A DNA stretch of 64,000 bases, from assembly GCA_048128005.1 (NCBI GenBank), contig JBEUKZ010000019.1:682001-746000 (forward strand). Reading direction: 5' to 3'. Within the stretch, counting starts at the first letter, position 1, and each line of letters begins with the position of its first letter. This document shows, one piece after another, positions 10,825-23,883 of the stretch. This DNA is from Veleropilina oligotropha (taxonomy: Eukaryota). The notes under the pieces are model-generated. The model saw only the letters and a list, made by a program, of their open reading frames with translations. It was not told where the DNA came from and did not search any database. The position numbers and the translations under genes are program-made.

Positions 10825-11075
10825 ATCCAAACAAAATACAAATACTCGACAGGGACACAACACCATCAAAGAAGAGTGAAGGAAGTCATACCTCAAATTG
10901 CTAAAACCAAATCTCAAGAGTGACGAGGAAACGAGATTCAGACTATTTTTGACCAGCTCCTGACCCCGGGTGACTAAGTCACGTGGGATATTAACCATCT
11001 CAGTGCTGACGAAGACACAGTGACCGAGTTGAAAGCTCCACTGTGAGTAACACTGAATTGCTTTGTGTCATGGAA
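10791..11075 (+). mobile_element. Penelope-like element 3' remnant (GIY-YIG C-terminus plus pLTR)
   Basis: VHCDRSGHQINPNKIQILDRDT, then degenerate RRVKE..KPNL..DE..IFDQLL, followed by a minimal hammerhead. Confidence 0.75.
11001..11043 (+). ncRNA. Minimal type-I hammerhead ribozyme motif (Penelope type)
   Basis: cagtg-CTGACGA-a-gac...gtt-GAAA-GCTC-cactg; stem I cagtg/cactg; palindromic AGCT for a dimeric stem III. Confidence 0.7.
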
Positions 11076-11273
11076 AATACAAAGGGAAATATTAAGCAGT
11101 GGTCGGCTTGAAAATGCGTATTCCATGAGGGCATTTTATTAACTCGCCAGTTACTAATCTGTTATGCAAATCGACCGGTCGACTAGTGGCTGCCTATTGT
11201 TAGTAAATGTAGTTAAAACAATTTCATTTCGTGACATCTTATTTATTCATATATATAGTCAACGACATCTCAC

Positions 11274-11339
11274 CATATTTCACCAACATCGCCGATACTT
11301 TGATAACAGTCGACTTCCCTGCTATAAACAGAATCCCAA
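11274..11339 (-). CDS. EEF1AKMT2: METTL10 coding exon 2
   Basis: tttcatttcag|T-WDSVYSREVDCYQSIGDVGEI-TG|gtgaga; conserved WD..Y..E...GD.GE.WFG. Confidence 0.93.
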
Positions 11340-12619
11340 CTGAAATGAAATGGAGATAATCACAATACGACAAACACACTGTATCGTGGTATGGAATCCA
11401 CCAAATTGAATTTTGAAATTAAGTCCAAACAGCTCTAGAATGTTTGTGTTAAAAAATACTGAATATAGACTCCAACACAGTGAAGGCTATTTCAATACGT
11501 TCATTTGTCATTTCAACATGGCAACATTCCTCAAAAAAGTTGTTTCTAATTTAAATTATATGATGTCATAATATGTTGGTTTGCATTTTCATTGTGTTGA
11601 TCACTATCATTTTCAACCAATGCATTGAGACAAATCAATTATAACCAATCAAGTTGTGTCTATCATTCTCTGTGGTCACGAGGACAGGACTGTGATCTCT
11701 GAATTCTCTCGCTTGACTGCTCGGTCTCACAGGAGTGGGTCTGAATCTTCGATGGGACAGCCACACAATTTAATCAATTTAATATAATCTAGACAAGTCA
11801 CAACTGTGACTGTTAAATTGAACAAATTGTGCGGCTTAAACTGGTTTACCCGAGCGACCAGGTTTATCTTCTGCGATAGTATGGACATGCCCTAGCTTGT
11901 GTGAACCTGAAGGTTTTCAAAAACTTCCAAATACATGTATAAATGTAATTATATATTATCGGTATAACTATTGTGTGGACTAGCGCATGTCAAAAAGTCT
12001 AATATTGCAAGACCTCTGAGTTTATGCAGCGAATTAATCGTGGAAACGAGATCATTTAATAGATGTACAAATCAGAGCATCAGAATCTAACGCGCTGGCT
12101 TATTTTTACACTCAGTCATACTCCAGACAGTTTTCCATGCTGTGTTACCTGTTGTGTTTTATACAATATTATAAAATAAACCATTGATGTGATGTCTTTC
12201 TATTGGCTTGGCCTGTGGTTTAACTAACCATATTGTTGGTTACACAATGGGGTACTGCTTTAAACTTACTTTACTTTAAATTATTGTACATTTTTGGCAA
12301 TGGTTTAAGTCGGTTATATCAGTTGTTATTTGGTGTCTAATCGTAGAAGCCTGGTTTCTCCGATTTCATCAGACAACAAATCCTCATGATATAACCTATA
12401 TTAATAAATCCAGATAAATACTAGGGTACGTACAATGCAATGTAACAAATCATGTGACTCTGTGAAATTCGCCCAAACACGAGCCACTGTTATATACAGT
12501 ATATATAACACTTCAGGTCAGCATTGAAAAAGGATAGAGGACAAAGTCTAAGAGCATTTTCAAGTTATGGCGTGTGAATAAAATTAAAGAACAATTATTT
12601 ATTAAATGTAATGTATGTA

Positions 12620-12720
12620 TGGGTTAGATGGCTAGCTGTCGAATCTTATGAAATAAGTAGTCGAACCCGTTAGGGCGAGACTATGTATTTCATAAGATTC
12701 AACAACTTGCCGCCTAACCA
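12620..12720. repeat. Imperfect palindrome (hairpin MITE-like)
   Basis: ggttagatggc..gaatcttatgaaata / tatttcataagattc..gccgcctaacc. Confidence 0.6.
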
Positions 12721-13675
12721 ACTTAGGAGTCCATTTCCTTTTTCCACATGTTTTAACTCTTATGGTCAAAGTTGACAAATTGTTTATATTATGGAAATAT
12801 ATTTAATATTTTACATTTTAATCATTATATTAAATATATATATAAGAAAATTTTACATGTCACCCCTCTTCCTAGTAATTGGGAAGTTATCGCAAACAAA
12901 TGATTGTTATGCAAAATAAAGTAACAAAAGTATTGCGATGCTCGTTAATGACCTTTTCACACATTCATCTTCAATCTTATTGTAACCAGGCCTGTCATCT
13001 TTCGGTGTTTCATTGTCCTACTATTATCAATGATGGCACGTCTGCAGAGAGGCGCACGTGCACTTCGACTCCACTAAGATGGTCAGTTAGACTGCGCAGT
13101 GTACCGTCTTCGGCAATAAGCGACAACAAATACTGCTGTCTCATTGGTAGATAAACGAAAATGGCTTCTAACAGGGGTGTCATTAATAGGCAGGTATCGG
13201 GTATTTTTACCCGCCAGTAAGCCAACGTGTACCCTTCTGACATTCTCATATTACATTGACTTTTATAGTAGCATATAAAATATTGACAAAAAATAACCCG
13301 CCTGTCGGAAATAATTGCTCTCCTATTGCTTTCCTTATTGAAACCCCTGTTCTAATATATATTAAAGTGTCCTTATCAAATAACAACAAACAACAATAAC
13401 ATGGGTGTATCCTGTGCCTACCACAACAGCTTAATTTTAGGTTGGTGTGTGACAAAAAATTAATTGATTTCAATTGTTCGGTTTTATGACCACATTAACA
13501 ATGTTTAGTCGTAGTCAGTTTAACCTCTCCATCTGACAAGACAGGCAAATTAATATTGTTTTGTCCGCCTTTTCAAATCAGGGCATCCGCTTTTTATACG
13601 CCCTTGCAAATCAGCTTGTCTGGAATTTATCTACTCCTATAACATATGAGACCGGGTTGATGCGCCTTACCAACC

Positions 13676-14455
13676 TACTCCAACAACGTTAGAGCCTGCT
13701 AGTTCCTAATCAGACAACAACGTTAAAGCCGGCTCTAGTTCCTAATCAGACAACAACGTTAGAGCCTGCTATAGTTCCTAATCAGACAACAACGTTAGAG
13801 CCTGCTAGTTCCTAATCAGACAACAACGTTAGAGCCTGCTAGTTCCTAATCAGACAACAACGTTAGACCCGGCTCTAGTTCCTAATCAGACAACAACGTT
13901 AGAGCCTGCTAGTTCCTAATCAGACAACAACGTTAGAGCCTGCTAGTTCCTAATCAGACAACAACGTTAGAGCCGGCTATAGTTCCTAATCAGACAACAA
14001 CGTTAGAGCCTGCTAGTTCCTAATCAGACAACAACGTTAGAGCCGGCTATAGTTCCTAATCAGACAACAACGTTAGAGCCTGCTAGTTCCTAATCAGACA
14101 ACAACGTTAGAGCCGGCTATAGTTCCTAATCAGACAACAACGTTAGAGCCGGCTATAGTTCCTAATCAGACAACAACGTTAGAGCCTGCTATAGTTCCTA
14201 ATCAGACAACTTTAGAGCCTGCTATAGTTCCTAATCAGACAACAACGTTAGAGCCTGCTATAGTTCCTAATCAGACAACAACGTTTGAGCCTGCTATAAT
14301 TCCTAATCAGACTTCAACAACGTTAGATCCTGCTATAGTTCCTATTAAATCAGACAACAACTTTAGAGCCTGCTATAGTTCCTAATCAGACTAACGGCTG
14401 AGCTACAATGCTACTCCAACAACGTTAGAGCCTGCTATAGTTCCTAATCAGACTC
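13676..14455. repeat. Minisatellite, 34-36-bp unit, about 21 copies
   Basis: caacaacgttagagcctgct(at)agttcctaatcaga repeated. Confidence 0.95.
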
Positions 14456-14630
14456 TAAAGGGGGAAATCACGGCACATGGCAAAAAATATGAAATTTCAA
14501 TATTTAAAGTAACTACAGTTTATCATGTACTTGCATCGGTATATGTTCCTTTATACCAAATTTCATCACATTCTGCCCCAATTTTGTTACCGTAACACCG
14601 AAAAGCTACTTTGAAACATAAAACGGACGG

Positions 14631-15445
14631 TTTTTATCCCCCGACCGAAGGTAGCGGGGGATATTGTTGTTGCCATATCCGTCCGTCTGTCCGTAAACAA
14701 TTTGGTTAAAGTTTCGAATTGAGTGTATATAGCTTGCCCATGATGCTTTTTGGCATATACAGTATATGCTTTTGTATGCGTTATATGGATGACACCTGGT
14801 ACTCTGGAAGTGAGATTGAATAAAATTTAATTTAAATATTGCATATGTGTAGGTGATTTTGAACATAGAAATTTTGGTTAAAGTTTCTGGTTTAAGTTTT
14901 TCATCGAGTGTATATGGGTTGTTGAAACAACATTTTGATGTATAGATGCTTTGGTATTGATAATCTGAATGTGAACTGATACTATGGAAGTGATGCTAAA
15001 TTAAATTTAATATAATTATTGCATAAAAATAGGTGTTTGTGGACATAGAAATTTTGTTAGTTTTGTTCAAATTTGTCAATGGGCATATGGGTTGTTCTAG
15101 GCACTGTTTTACATCCATATACTTTAGTGTTGACTATATTGATGCTGCTCCGTCATCTGCAAGTGATTTATAATATAAATAACATATGCAATTAGTGTTT
15201 GTGGACATAGACATTTTTGGTAAAGTTGAGTGAATTTCCATACTGTTTCATTATTACATATACTGTATATTCTTTGGTGATGATTATATTGATAACACCT
15301 TTCACTCTAGCAATGATATTGAATATAATTTTGTATAAATATTGAAGAAACTTGATGTGTTTGGACATAGAAATTTTGGTTGAAGTTTATATCAGAGTGA
15401 TTGCGGAATGCGGGGGATGAATCCGTTTTCTAACGGGCTCTTGTT
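14631..15445 (+). mobile_element. Helentron-associated non-autonomous element (HINE/pearl-like) with internal repeats of about 150-170 bp
   Basis: 5' tttatcccccg..cgggggata hairpin, GTCC microsatellite, repeated gacatagaaattttggttaaagttt units, 3' gcggggga plus short palindrome ccgttttctaacgg, ending in TT. Confidence 0.7.
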
Positions 15446-16100
15446 AACTTTTACAATGTAAACAGAAGACAGTCGCCATTTTGTGACAGTAGCATTACGT
15501 TTTCATTAAATCCACCAATCAACATCATTTAACCAATAATTTGTATAGAGGGCACGACCGAGGAGGAAAATACCGTCATATTAAGAAAAAAAGATTGACG
15601 GTTAAGCATTGACAAATAATGCGTTTTATCATACATTATGACAACAAAATCACTAATCAAAGTGCTGATGCACTGAAATGTCGGAAAGCGAAAGAGTATT
15701 GATTGCGCAACACGAGCATACTTTTTGTCAAAGTTCCAATAGCTTGCGAAGTAGTATTTTTAATAACATACATTTATAACAGCATGTTGGTACATGTAAT
15801 TAAAAATAATTGAGCATTGCCATGGACCTTCATGGTAAATGTTGTTGCTCGACTCACAATTTTCTTGTCTGAATTTACAGGAAACGAAAGTGCCTAAATG
15901 GTTTTAGATAATTAAACTTACTGCCTTTTACTTTGTTATCCTTCGTTTTTTGTAAAAAATGACAAGACATTATCAAATGGTCTGTGTGTATATTATACAT
16001 ATTTACCATTTACATTACGCCTTTCCATACTATTAATTGCGATACTCATGAAGGAAATATCCCTGATATTATACACAAAATGGGATCAGTATAAACTGTA

Positions 16101-16365
16101 GGAGGAGGAGGAATTATGCTTAATGTCCTGTATATTTATAACATCGAGGTTCAAGGCAGGACATGTCCGTGTTATCGCGGGAGGAAACCCCGGTCGCCGG
16201 GTAAACCCGCCCTCTTCGGCCAGTCACGAACAACTGTGCTTCATAACTTGAACAAATGTGTGCTGCCTCAGCCGGGGGTCGATCCCACTACTGTTCGCGT
16301 CAGCGGAAACAAGCCAGTGCATTTAGAGTGGACACTCTACCTACTGCGCTACCGAAGCGGCCAGG
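16101..16365 (-). mobile_element. tRNA-derived SINE with 12-bp TSD
   Basis: Minus-strand head ggtagcgcagtaggtagagtg (A box) and gggatcgaccccc (B box); GTATAAACTGTA at 16089-16100 and 16366-16377; second copy at 59047-59309. Confidence 0.88.
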
Positions 16366-18321
16366 GTATAAACTGTAATAGTAAATATGATGACTGACCA
16401 GCCATAAAATTGTATCCACATGCACCGTCTTTTTGGAAGCCTAATCAAAATTCGACAAGCCAAACAAAGATATTAAATATCAGTTTATATCACTTCAACC
16501 AGTTGTAGCAATATCCTTTTATTTTCTGTTTTAAATAAATGGATATTTTCTTTACATTATAAATGAAAAAATGGTTTATTTATTTTAAACTGGTGCTTTA
16601 CCAATATTACACATTGTTAACAAGAAATAGATTCCTTGTTTAGGGATAGACCCTTGGAACTCATTCATGAGAAGAGATAATATCTGTGTGTTTATGGAGT
16701 TAATTGGGTGACCAATGCAGAGCCAAGTCTTCAGTATGGAATGGTGCATAATAAATAGGGACACCTTTACCTGGCAAAGTTCACCTGTGAAATGATTTCA
16801 GCGAGCTGTTTATCCATACCGAGGCAATTACAGTCTCGCACATTCTGATACAATAAAATTAATCCGGGGGACATTGCGGAAGTAGAATTTCTCGTACAGA
16901 AAAATCTCTATAAATCTATGTAAAACCTATTTTACGGCAGTGGACATTTAATATCTCTTCCGATCGGACAAGATTTTGAGCGGGTGAATTTATTTTGTAA
17001 GGTTATTTTACTACTTTATATTTATTATCGTGAGGTCCCAATATAATATATTGTATACTTTGATTTTGTATAAAAGATATATTTTTTGACCAATTTTTTA
17101 GAAGGTCAAATATTTTAATACTAATTATAGATCGTTTTGAATTGGTTGTTTCGCCGTCAAAGGATCCATCTCATTCATTTGGTTATAATTTAAAATTTTG
17201 TATCATCAAAAATGCGGATTGCGGATTGGTGCGAAAATTTTCGTAATTTAAGCCACTTATTGTGCTGTATAGCATTATTTTCCGCAACTCAAAATTTTTA
17301 ACGATTTAACTTTTTCATATAACCCTGACATGACGTCATCAAACGTGCACTTCCGTTAGCAGTCATAAACAGCGAACATAGTCGACAAGTGTGTGGTAAG
17401 AAATGAGTTCTAACTCTATTTTAGCGTATGGGTGAGTAATTAATTATAGTAATATATCTTCCATATGGTGACTATTTTCATCACGACACATCACCATCGT
17501 GTTGATTGTGAATTTAGTACGATTTTTATGTGCCATGGGTGTCCCTATAATAAAGCATAATGCAGGAGAGGGGATTTCACATCATTACTCGTTGAAGTTT
17601 TTCTCCGTGTGACACATACTTCATAGTAGGTTACATGTCAGATTTCAACCTTTACTCTTACATACATGGCGAAATGTATGTTTCTTAATGCATGTACACT
17701 TCGTATTTGCATTCATTTCTGTGTGGAAGTTTGCAATTAACGATATAAATTTATAATGTATTATATAATTCAAATTTTAGAATAAAGCGCCATAAAAACA
17801 CGGTAATTTATGCCAGATTCGAAGCAAAGTTTAATTTCATCAATGAAGAGTATGCCTGGAGCCATTCTAAGATTATTTATATTTACCATAATTTTAGATA
17901 TTTTCTGTCCATTAAAGTCTAATCTAAGATAATTAAAGTGGTCAATATAAATGCTAGAGTGCAGGAGAACGCATCCAAGTCCTTTTATAACGAAAAAAAA
18001 TTTCGGGGGTGCCCCCCCCTTTTCAGAAATCCTGGATCCGCCCCTGGCTAGGGCATGAAAGGTACGTCAACCCGGTCTCATATGTTATAGGAGTATTACC
18101 AACCCTGCGTGGGAAGTAGCAGCCTCTAAGTAACGTGCGTGGGAAGTAGCAGCCTCTAAGTAACGTTGTTGGAGCAGAATACAGCCGAATAAATGGAAAA
18201 TTGCCAAGTTTTAACTTTTCTTTCTTTAATTTATTGATTTCAGATTTAAAAAATTGCATATGAGTGTTTCAACCACAGACACCTTCTCTTTGTGATAGCA
18301 GATGTATTTCCGTGTGCTTAC

Positions 18322-18386
18322 TATTCTTTTTTACCCAGATCAGATGACTGAAAATCACAAGTCGTGTTTATTCTGGGCGCTGACAT
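18322..18386 (-). CDS. EEF1AKMT2: METTL10 coding exon 1
   Basis: caaaATG: MSAPRINTTCDFQSSDLGKKE-TA|gtaagc; conserved F..S.LG.KEYW across the junction; phase 2 matches exon 2. Confidence 0.88.
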
Positions 18387-18389
18387 TTT

Positions 18390-18543
18390 GTTTTCAAAAC
18401 GAGGCCCCGATCTCACGGGGGCGCGTGATGTCATGGTCACGGGATTTACGGCCATATTGGAGTAGGTGTTAATAATTCTCATTCCAGTCAGAGGTAAATG
18501 TTGGTCAGTTTCGTTCGTCTATCACGTGTACGTAAAGGTAGGT
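18390..18543. promoter_or_regulatory. Putative bidirectional METTL10/RAB7 promoter and RAB7 non-coding first exon
   Basis: CpG-containing patch just upstream of the METTL10 ATG; GCCATATT (YY1-like), TCACGTG E-box at 18522, plus-strand donor AAG|gtaggt at 18538. The RAB7 ATG exon has an acceptor at 24040, so an upstream exon is required. Confidence 0.5.
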
Positions 18544-19755
18544 ATTGGTGATGGTGCGTTCATTTAAAAACCTTTCCAATTTATCTAATTAGAATGTGTA
18601 TATTTTAGTCTTTCGTGTCATAATGACAAACACTTTAATGCACACAAACATCGCTAGGATTCAGCGGTTGACCTGTTTTTGTTGATGGAAGTCGGTGCAT
18701 TGTCGTCATTTGTTTATTACGTATGAACTCTTTGTGTAGCTTCGGCGTAAATATCGTATAAATAAACTCAATATCCGCTTATTACTACTGGTATACATGT
18801 TGGTTTTTCATTGATTTTCGTAGAAAGACTTGTCAATATTTTTAATTCCTATTTCACTTTGGCACAATTGAGACAATTCCGATTTATACTGGGCGTGTTC
18901 CGTCAAATTTTGGGAAATTCAATTGAATTCAATTTTATTTAGCACAAAATCCACATACAGGTAGATATAGCTAAGGACAAAGACAATAAAAGATAACATG
19001 ATCAGAGAATAGTTATACAAACAGAAAAATATTATTAATAGATAGATATCACTTATCAGCTATTGGCAGTTTTCAATAATAGGCCTATATTATTAACATT
19101 ATACAACAGAAAATTTCAAATAATATACTATGATCCACTATAAGGCAGTTTTCCATTACTTACGTGCCATCACCGGTAACAGACGTTTTTTGAGAGGTAA
19201 GCCTAAGTTTCTGCCGATATGGCGTACATCGTTGTGACGGTTCGGTGCGACTAGGGTAAAGGTGACCCAGAGTTACAATTTGTACATAGCTTTTAGACGT
19301 TATTTCATTGTCATCCTCAGCAGCATGGTTGAACGGATACAGTGTACAAACAGGTTGGGAAGAACTCACTTTTCGGGATAGGCCTATATATCCCAATCAT
19401 GATATATCTCAAGATATAAATATATCCTGATTGGGATATACAATTTTTAAAATCTTTTTTAACGCCTTTTGACGCTCTTTTTGCTGATTAACATTAAAAG
19501 AAAATAATCGATTCATTGAAAATTTTCACACTTGACCCTGCATGAAACGAGCCAAACAATTTTTGTCTAGCCCCGTAGGAAAGCGAGACTAATGAATTGC
19601 TTTTTCCGGCGTTTCTTGGTTAAATTTTTTCATTGAGTGTATATGGCTAGCTCAAAGCACATTTTTGCATATATATGCTTTGATGATAATTACATGATAT
19701 GATAAACATTAAAAGAAAATAATCGATTCATTGAAAATTTTCACACTTGACCCGG

Positions 19756-20391
19756 TGTGGCAAACTCTGTGGGGCGGCTGACTCTGTAGGGCAGGTGCGA
19801 TTAGTTATAATGTCGCGTTTTAAATATAGCATAATTGTATAGGCATATTGTAATTAATGAACATTTTGTTTGCACTGAACAGCATTATTTGTGGTTTAGG
19901 TAGGATATTTCGAAATAGCAACAGCCGATTGATATTTTATTTTAATTAGATACGCGATAGTGAATAAGCGATTATAAATACTTTGCGAAGATGACAGGTT
20001 AAAAGATCGCTTTGGACGAAAAGTGATACAATAATGAACTCGTACGTTATAATATGTAAGATCTTAACTATTAATTGTGCCTGTTATCGACATATTTCAT
20101 GAGGGGACGAGAAATAGCAACGGTCGATTGAAGTTGATTATAGGTGAATTTTAATACGCGCGGGTGAAGAACCGAATATAGCTATTTTACGAACATGACA
20201 GGTAAAATACATCGCTATGGACGAAAGGTTATATAATAATGAACTCGTACGTTATAAAATGTGAGATATTAACTCGTAATTTTGCCTGTAATCGACATAT
20301 TTAACTAGTCAGAGGACGTTTACATTAAGCAGCGCATGCGCAGACATCGCACCTGCCCTACAGAGTCAGCCGCCCCACAGAGTTTGCCACA
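19756..20391. mobile_element. Non-autonomous Ginger1-like DNA transposon
   Basis: 46-bp perfect TIRs with TGT...ACA ends; CCGG duplicated at 19752-19755 and 20392-20395; internal direct repeat of about 200 bp. Confidence 0.8.
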
Positions 20392-20414
20392 CCGGCATGA
20401 AACGAGCCTAACAA

Positions 20415-22345
20415 TTTTTGTCTCGCCCCGTAGGAAAGCGAGAGTAATGGATTGCTTTTTCCGTCGGTGTCGTCGTGTCATCTTGGTTAAAGTTTTTCAT
20501 TGTGTGTATATGGCTTGCTCAAAGCACTTTTTTGCATATATATGCTTTGTTATTGGTTGTATGGATGTCGCCTGATACTCTGGCAGTGGTATTGAATAAA
20601 TTTTCATATAATTAATGGAAATATAGTGGTCTTTTTGGACATAGAAATTTAGATGTAAGAAATTTAGATGTATACAGCTTGCTCAAGGAACTTTTTGGCA
20701 TATATATGCTTTGTTTTGGTTGTATAGATGTCACCTGATACTCTGGCAGTAATATGGAATAAATTTTATTATAATTAATGGAAATATGGTGTTCTTTTGG
20801 GACATAGAAATTTAGGTGAACTTTAGGTTCAAGTTTTTCATCAAGTGTATATGGCTTGCGCAAGGCACTTTTTGGCATATATATATGCTATGTTATCCCC
20901 GCGTCTTCCGAAGGAAAAAGCCAAAGGGGGATATAGGGATAGCCTCCGTCCGGTCACACTTTTGGTTAAAGTTTTTGGATGAGGTACTACATGCATTTAA
21001 TGGATGAATAACTCAATCAAACCTATTTAGATGGAAAGTAGACATAGACAAAAACGAAAAGATTTTTTATTTTCTATTGTGAAAAAAAAGCACTTTGAAC
21101 AAAGACATTTTTCGGTTAAAGTTTTTCATTTGAGTGTATATCGATTGCTCAAGGAACATTTCGGCATATACAAGCTTTAGTAATGGTTATATGGATGTGA
21201 CCTGATACTCAGGCAATGATTTACATTATAATTTTTATATAAATAATGCATGAAATTCGGTGAAAAATTCGGTTCAAGTTTTTCAAAGAGTGATTATACA
21301 ATGATCATTGCACTTGTTTGCACACTTATGCTTTGTTGCTGGCTATAATGATGTTAGCTGCTAGCCTGGCTGTGATATTGAACAAAATTTAATATAAATA
21401 ATTTGTGAAATTGATGTTTTTCTAAAAAACACTGTTACATTTTTTTAGGTTAAATTTTTTCGATTATTGCATATAGGTTTAATAAAGCACTTTTTTAATG
21501 CATATACTTTGGTGTTGGCCATTAGTTACCTGCTATTCTGGAAGTGATATTTAATAAAATTTAAAATAAAATAAATGTTTTTTGACATAGTAATTTAGTA
21601 AACATTTTCGGTTTAAGTTATTCAATTACCGCATATATTGATTGATCAAGACATGTTGTTGCAAGCATATGCATTGGTGTATACTTCGTAGTTGTTACCT
21701 GCTATTACAGTTATATTGATTATAATTTAATTTAAATATTCTGTGAAATTTTATTTAAAGTTTCTGGATATATTTTTTTCAGTGAGTGCATATGGGTTGA
21801 CTTTGTGATGCTACATGCTGCTCTGGCAGTGATGTTGCATTCATTTTAACACAAAACTGTGTTAAATTTGTGTATTTGGACATAGAAATTTTGATTAATT
21901 TAACACAAATAGTGTGTTGCATAAATTTGCAAGTTTGGACAAAGTTATTCAATTGCTGCATGTGTGCTGCTCAAGATATATTTTATACATGTATATGCTG
22001 GTTGATAGATCTAGGGATAGACCAATTTTGATCAAAAATCTCCATACCATCAAAACATTGTACTAAATCTATTTCTTGCATATATTGACAAAATGCTTTA
22101 CCGCGGGGATACCGCTATATTGATAGCACTTATTATTGGTTGAATGGATGTCACCTGATTCTCTGCCAGTAATATGGAATATATTATTGAAAATAAAGTG
22201 GTGTTTGTGGACATAGAAATTTTGGTTAAAGTATTTGGTTGAAGTTTTTCATTTAATGGATATTGGCTACTAATATCACTTTTTGGTAAATTCCTAAATC
22301 TAAAGGGGCGAGACATATCGAAATGAACGCTTGAGAGTTCGCAAT
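20415..22345 (+). mobile_element. HINE-like element with a second HINE-like element nested at about 20891-22125
   Basis: tgtctcgcccc at the 5' end and ggggcgagaca at the 3' end; inner tatccccgcg / cgcggggata pair; same internal repeat family as 14631-15445. Confidence 0.6.
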
Positions 22346-22592
22346 GTTATTTCGTAATTAGAACCACCATATGGCCTCGATCAATGATGATTATTCGGCG
22401 GTTTCCGTGGAATATAAATACTAGTAGCTGGGCGAAATACTGGCCTATAAGAGCCACTATAGTGCAAACAAATTGACAGAAAGTATCGTACAGACTGATA
22501 CCAACTACGCGTAGATATGATTGACATGTGATGAAATGAAATATTCTTAACAAAAATATTATTGTAACGAAGCAGTATATATATTACTAATA

Positions 22593-22964
22593 CTAGCAGG
22601 CACACCCGTTTACAAACGGTTGATTTAGCTGAAATCCCCCATTTCCCGCCCCAAATTCCCTCCATTTCGCTGAAATTCCCCCCCCCCAGTCCCCCCTTAG
22701 TTCCCCCCTCATTCACCTCCCAGTTTCCACTGAAATCCCCCATTTCCCGCCCTTCCCCCCCCCCATTTCCCCACCTCACACCTGCCTGCCCTGCCCTCTA
22801 TCCATCCCAAGAGTCTCTTAATCAGCTGACACTATCTCTCTCTATATATATAACAGACTCAGTGAACAACCAATTCGAACGGGCGCAACAGTAAACTTGG
22901 CCAATTCAAACGGGCACAAAAGTCGGAAGTGGCAAACCGAAACGCACACACACAAACAAACAAT

Positions 22965-23011
<47 letters not shown>
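22593..23011 (-). mobile_element. Non-autonomous Helitron-like element
   Basis: Minus strand begins A|TC(TA)n and ends with hairpin ccgtttgtaaacgg then CTAG|T. Confidence 0.5.
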
Positions 23012-23883
23012 TAGATAGACAAAGAAAAAGCAATTTAATCTGTCAAATAGCTATATAGTAACTAGGACCTAATAAGGTCAAGTCGAATTCATAACTAATC
23101 GATTCTCGGAGCTGTTCGCATAACAATGTAAGCAAAACTGGAAAATTCACTCTGTGAAAGATAATTAAATGCGATCCGCTTTTAGTTATTTTTAAATCTT
23201 CATTAACGATTAATTTAAACAGTAGCAATTTACTGTTGAAAATTCCCAACTTTTGTATTATAAACAAAAGTGTAATGCGGTTAGTTTTCTTTTCAAGTAA
23301 AAAGAGTAAATAATTCTATGAAATTGAGCCTCGATGAAATAGAAAATCTTCAATTTTTCGCCGTTAAATTTACTTACATTTACTCGATTTTTGTTATTTG
23401 ACTGCAAAAAACGATTTATTTAAAAATTATATATCCCAATTTTGATATATAATATCCCGATCGGGATACATATCTCAAAAAGTGACTTCTTCCAAATCTG
23501 ATAAAAGCAGAAGATGTTATCTAGACTGGTTTTCCATGTATGCTTTTTCGTGCTCGAATCGTGGGCAGAACAGTCTGCGCCAGATATATCCACAGACACG
23601 CACGTTTGCAGCAATTCCAGGAGCGTCATCACAAGAAGTATTTAAAGGGGTTATAAAAAACTCTTATGATTTATTGACGTCGTATGAAGCCGTATGTCTT
23701 TGACCCAGTGTGTGGAAAAGTCGCTCGGTGATCTAATTTTTTCTGATCTCGTTTTGTTCGCACACGGAATGGCATACATGGAAATGATACAGTCATACTG
23801 CATAAATAATCAGTACTTATTGATTTAATCACGCACGAAATGCTCCCGAAAACTCGTTCCTGGAAAGTCGACCTTAGGATTTC

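Noticed and set aside
12879..13473. Short ORFs in METTL10 intron 1
   Set aside because: No recognisable motifs or consistent splice signals
10395..14455. 34-36-bp repeats of CRISPR-like length
   Set aside because: Head-to-tail with no unique spacers, no cas genes, eukaryotic intron context
16270..16365. tRNA gene
   Set aside because: A and B boxes belong to a SINE head with body, tail and TSD; no cloverleaf could be drawn
19160..19396. Minus-strand ORF with a gtaagt donor as a possible METTL10 first exon
   Set aside because: No METTL10 similarity; 18322-18386 has the ATG, the conserved motif and the correct phase
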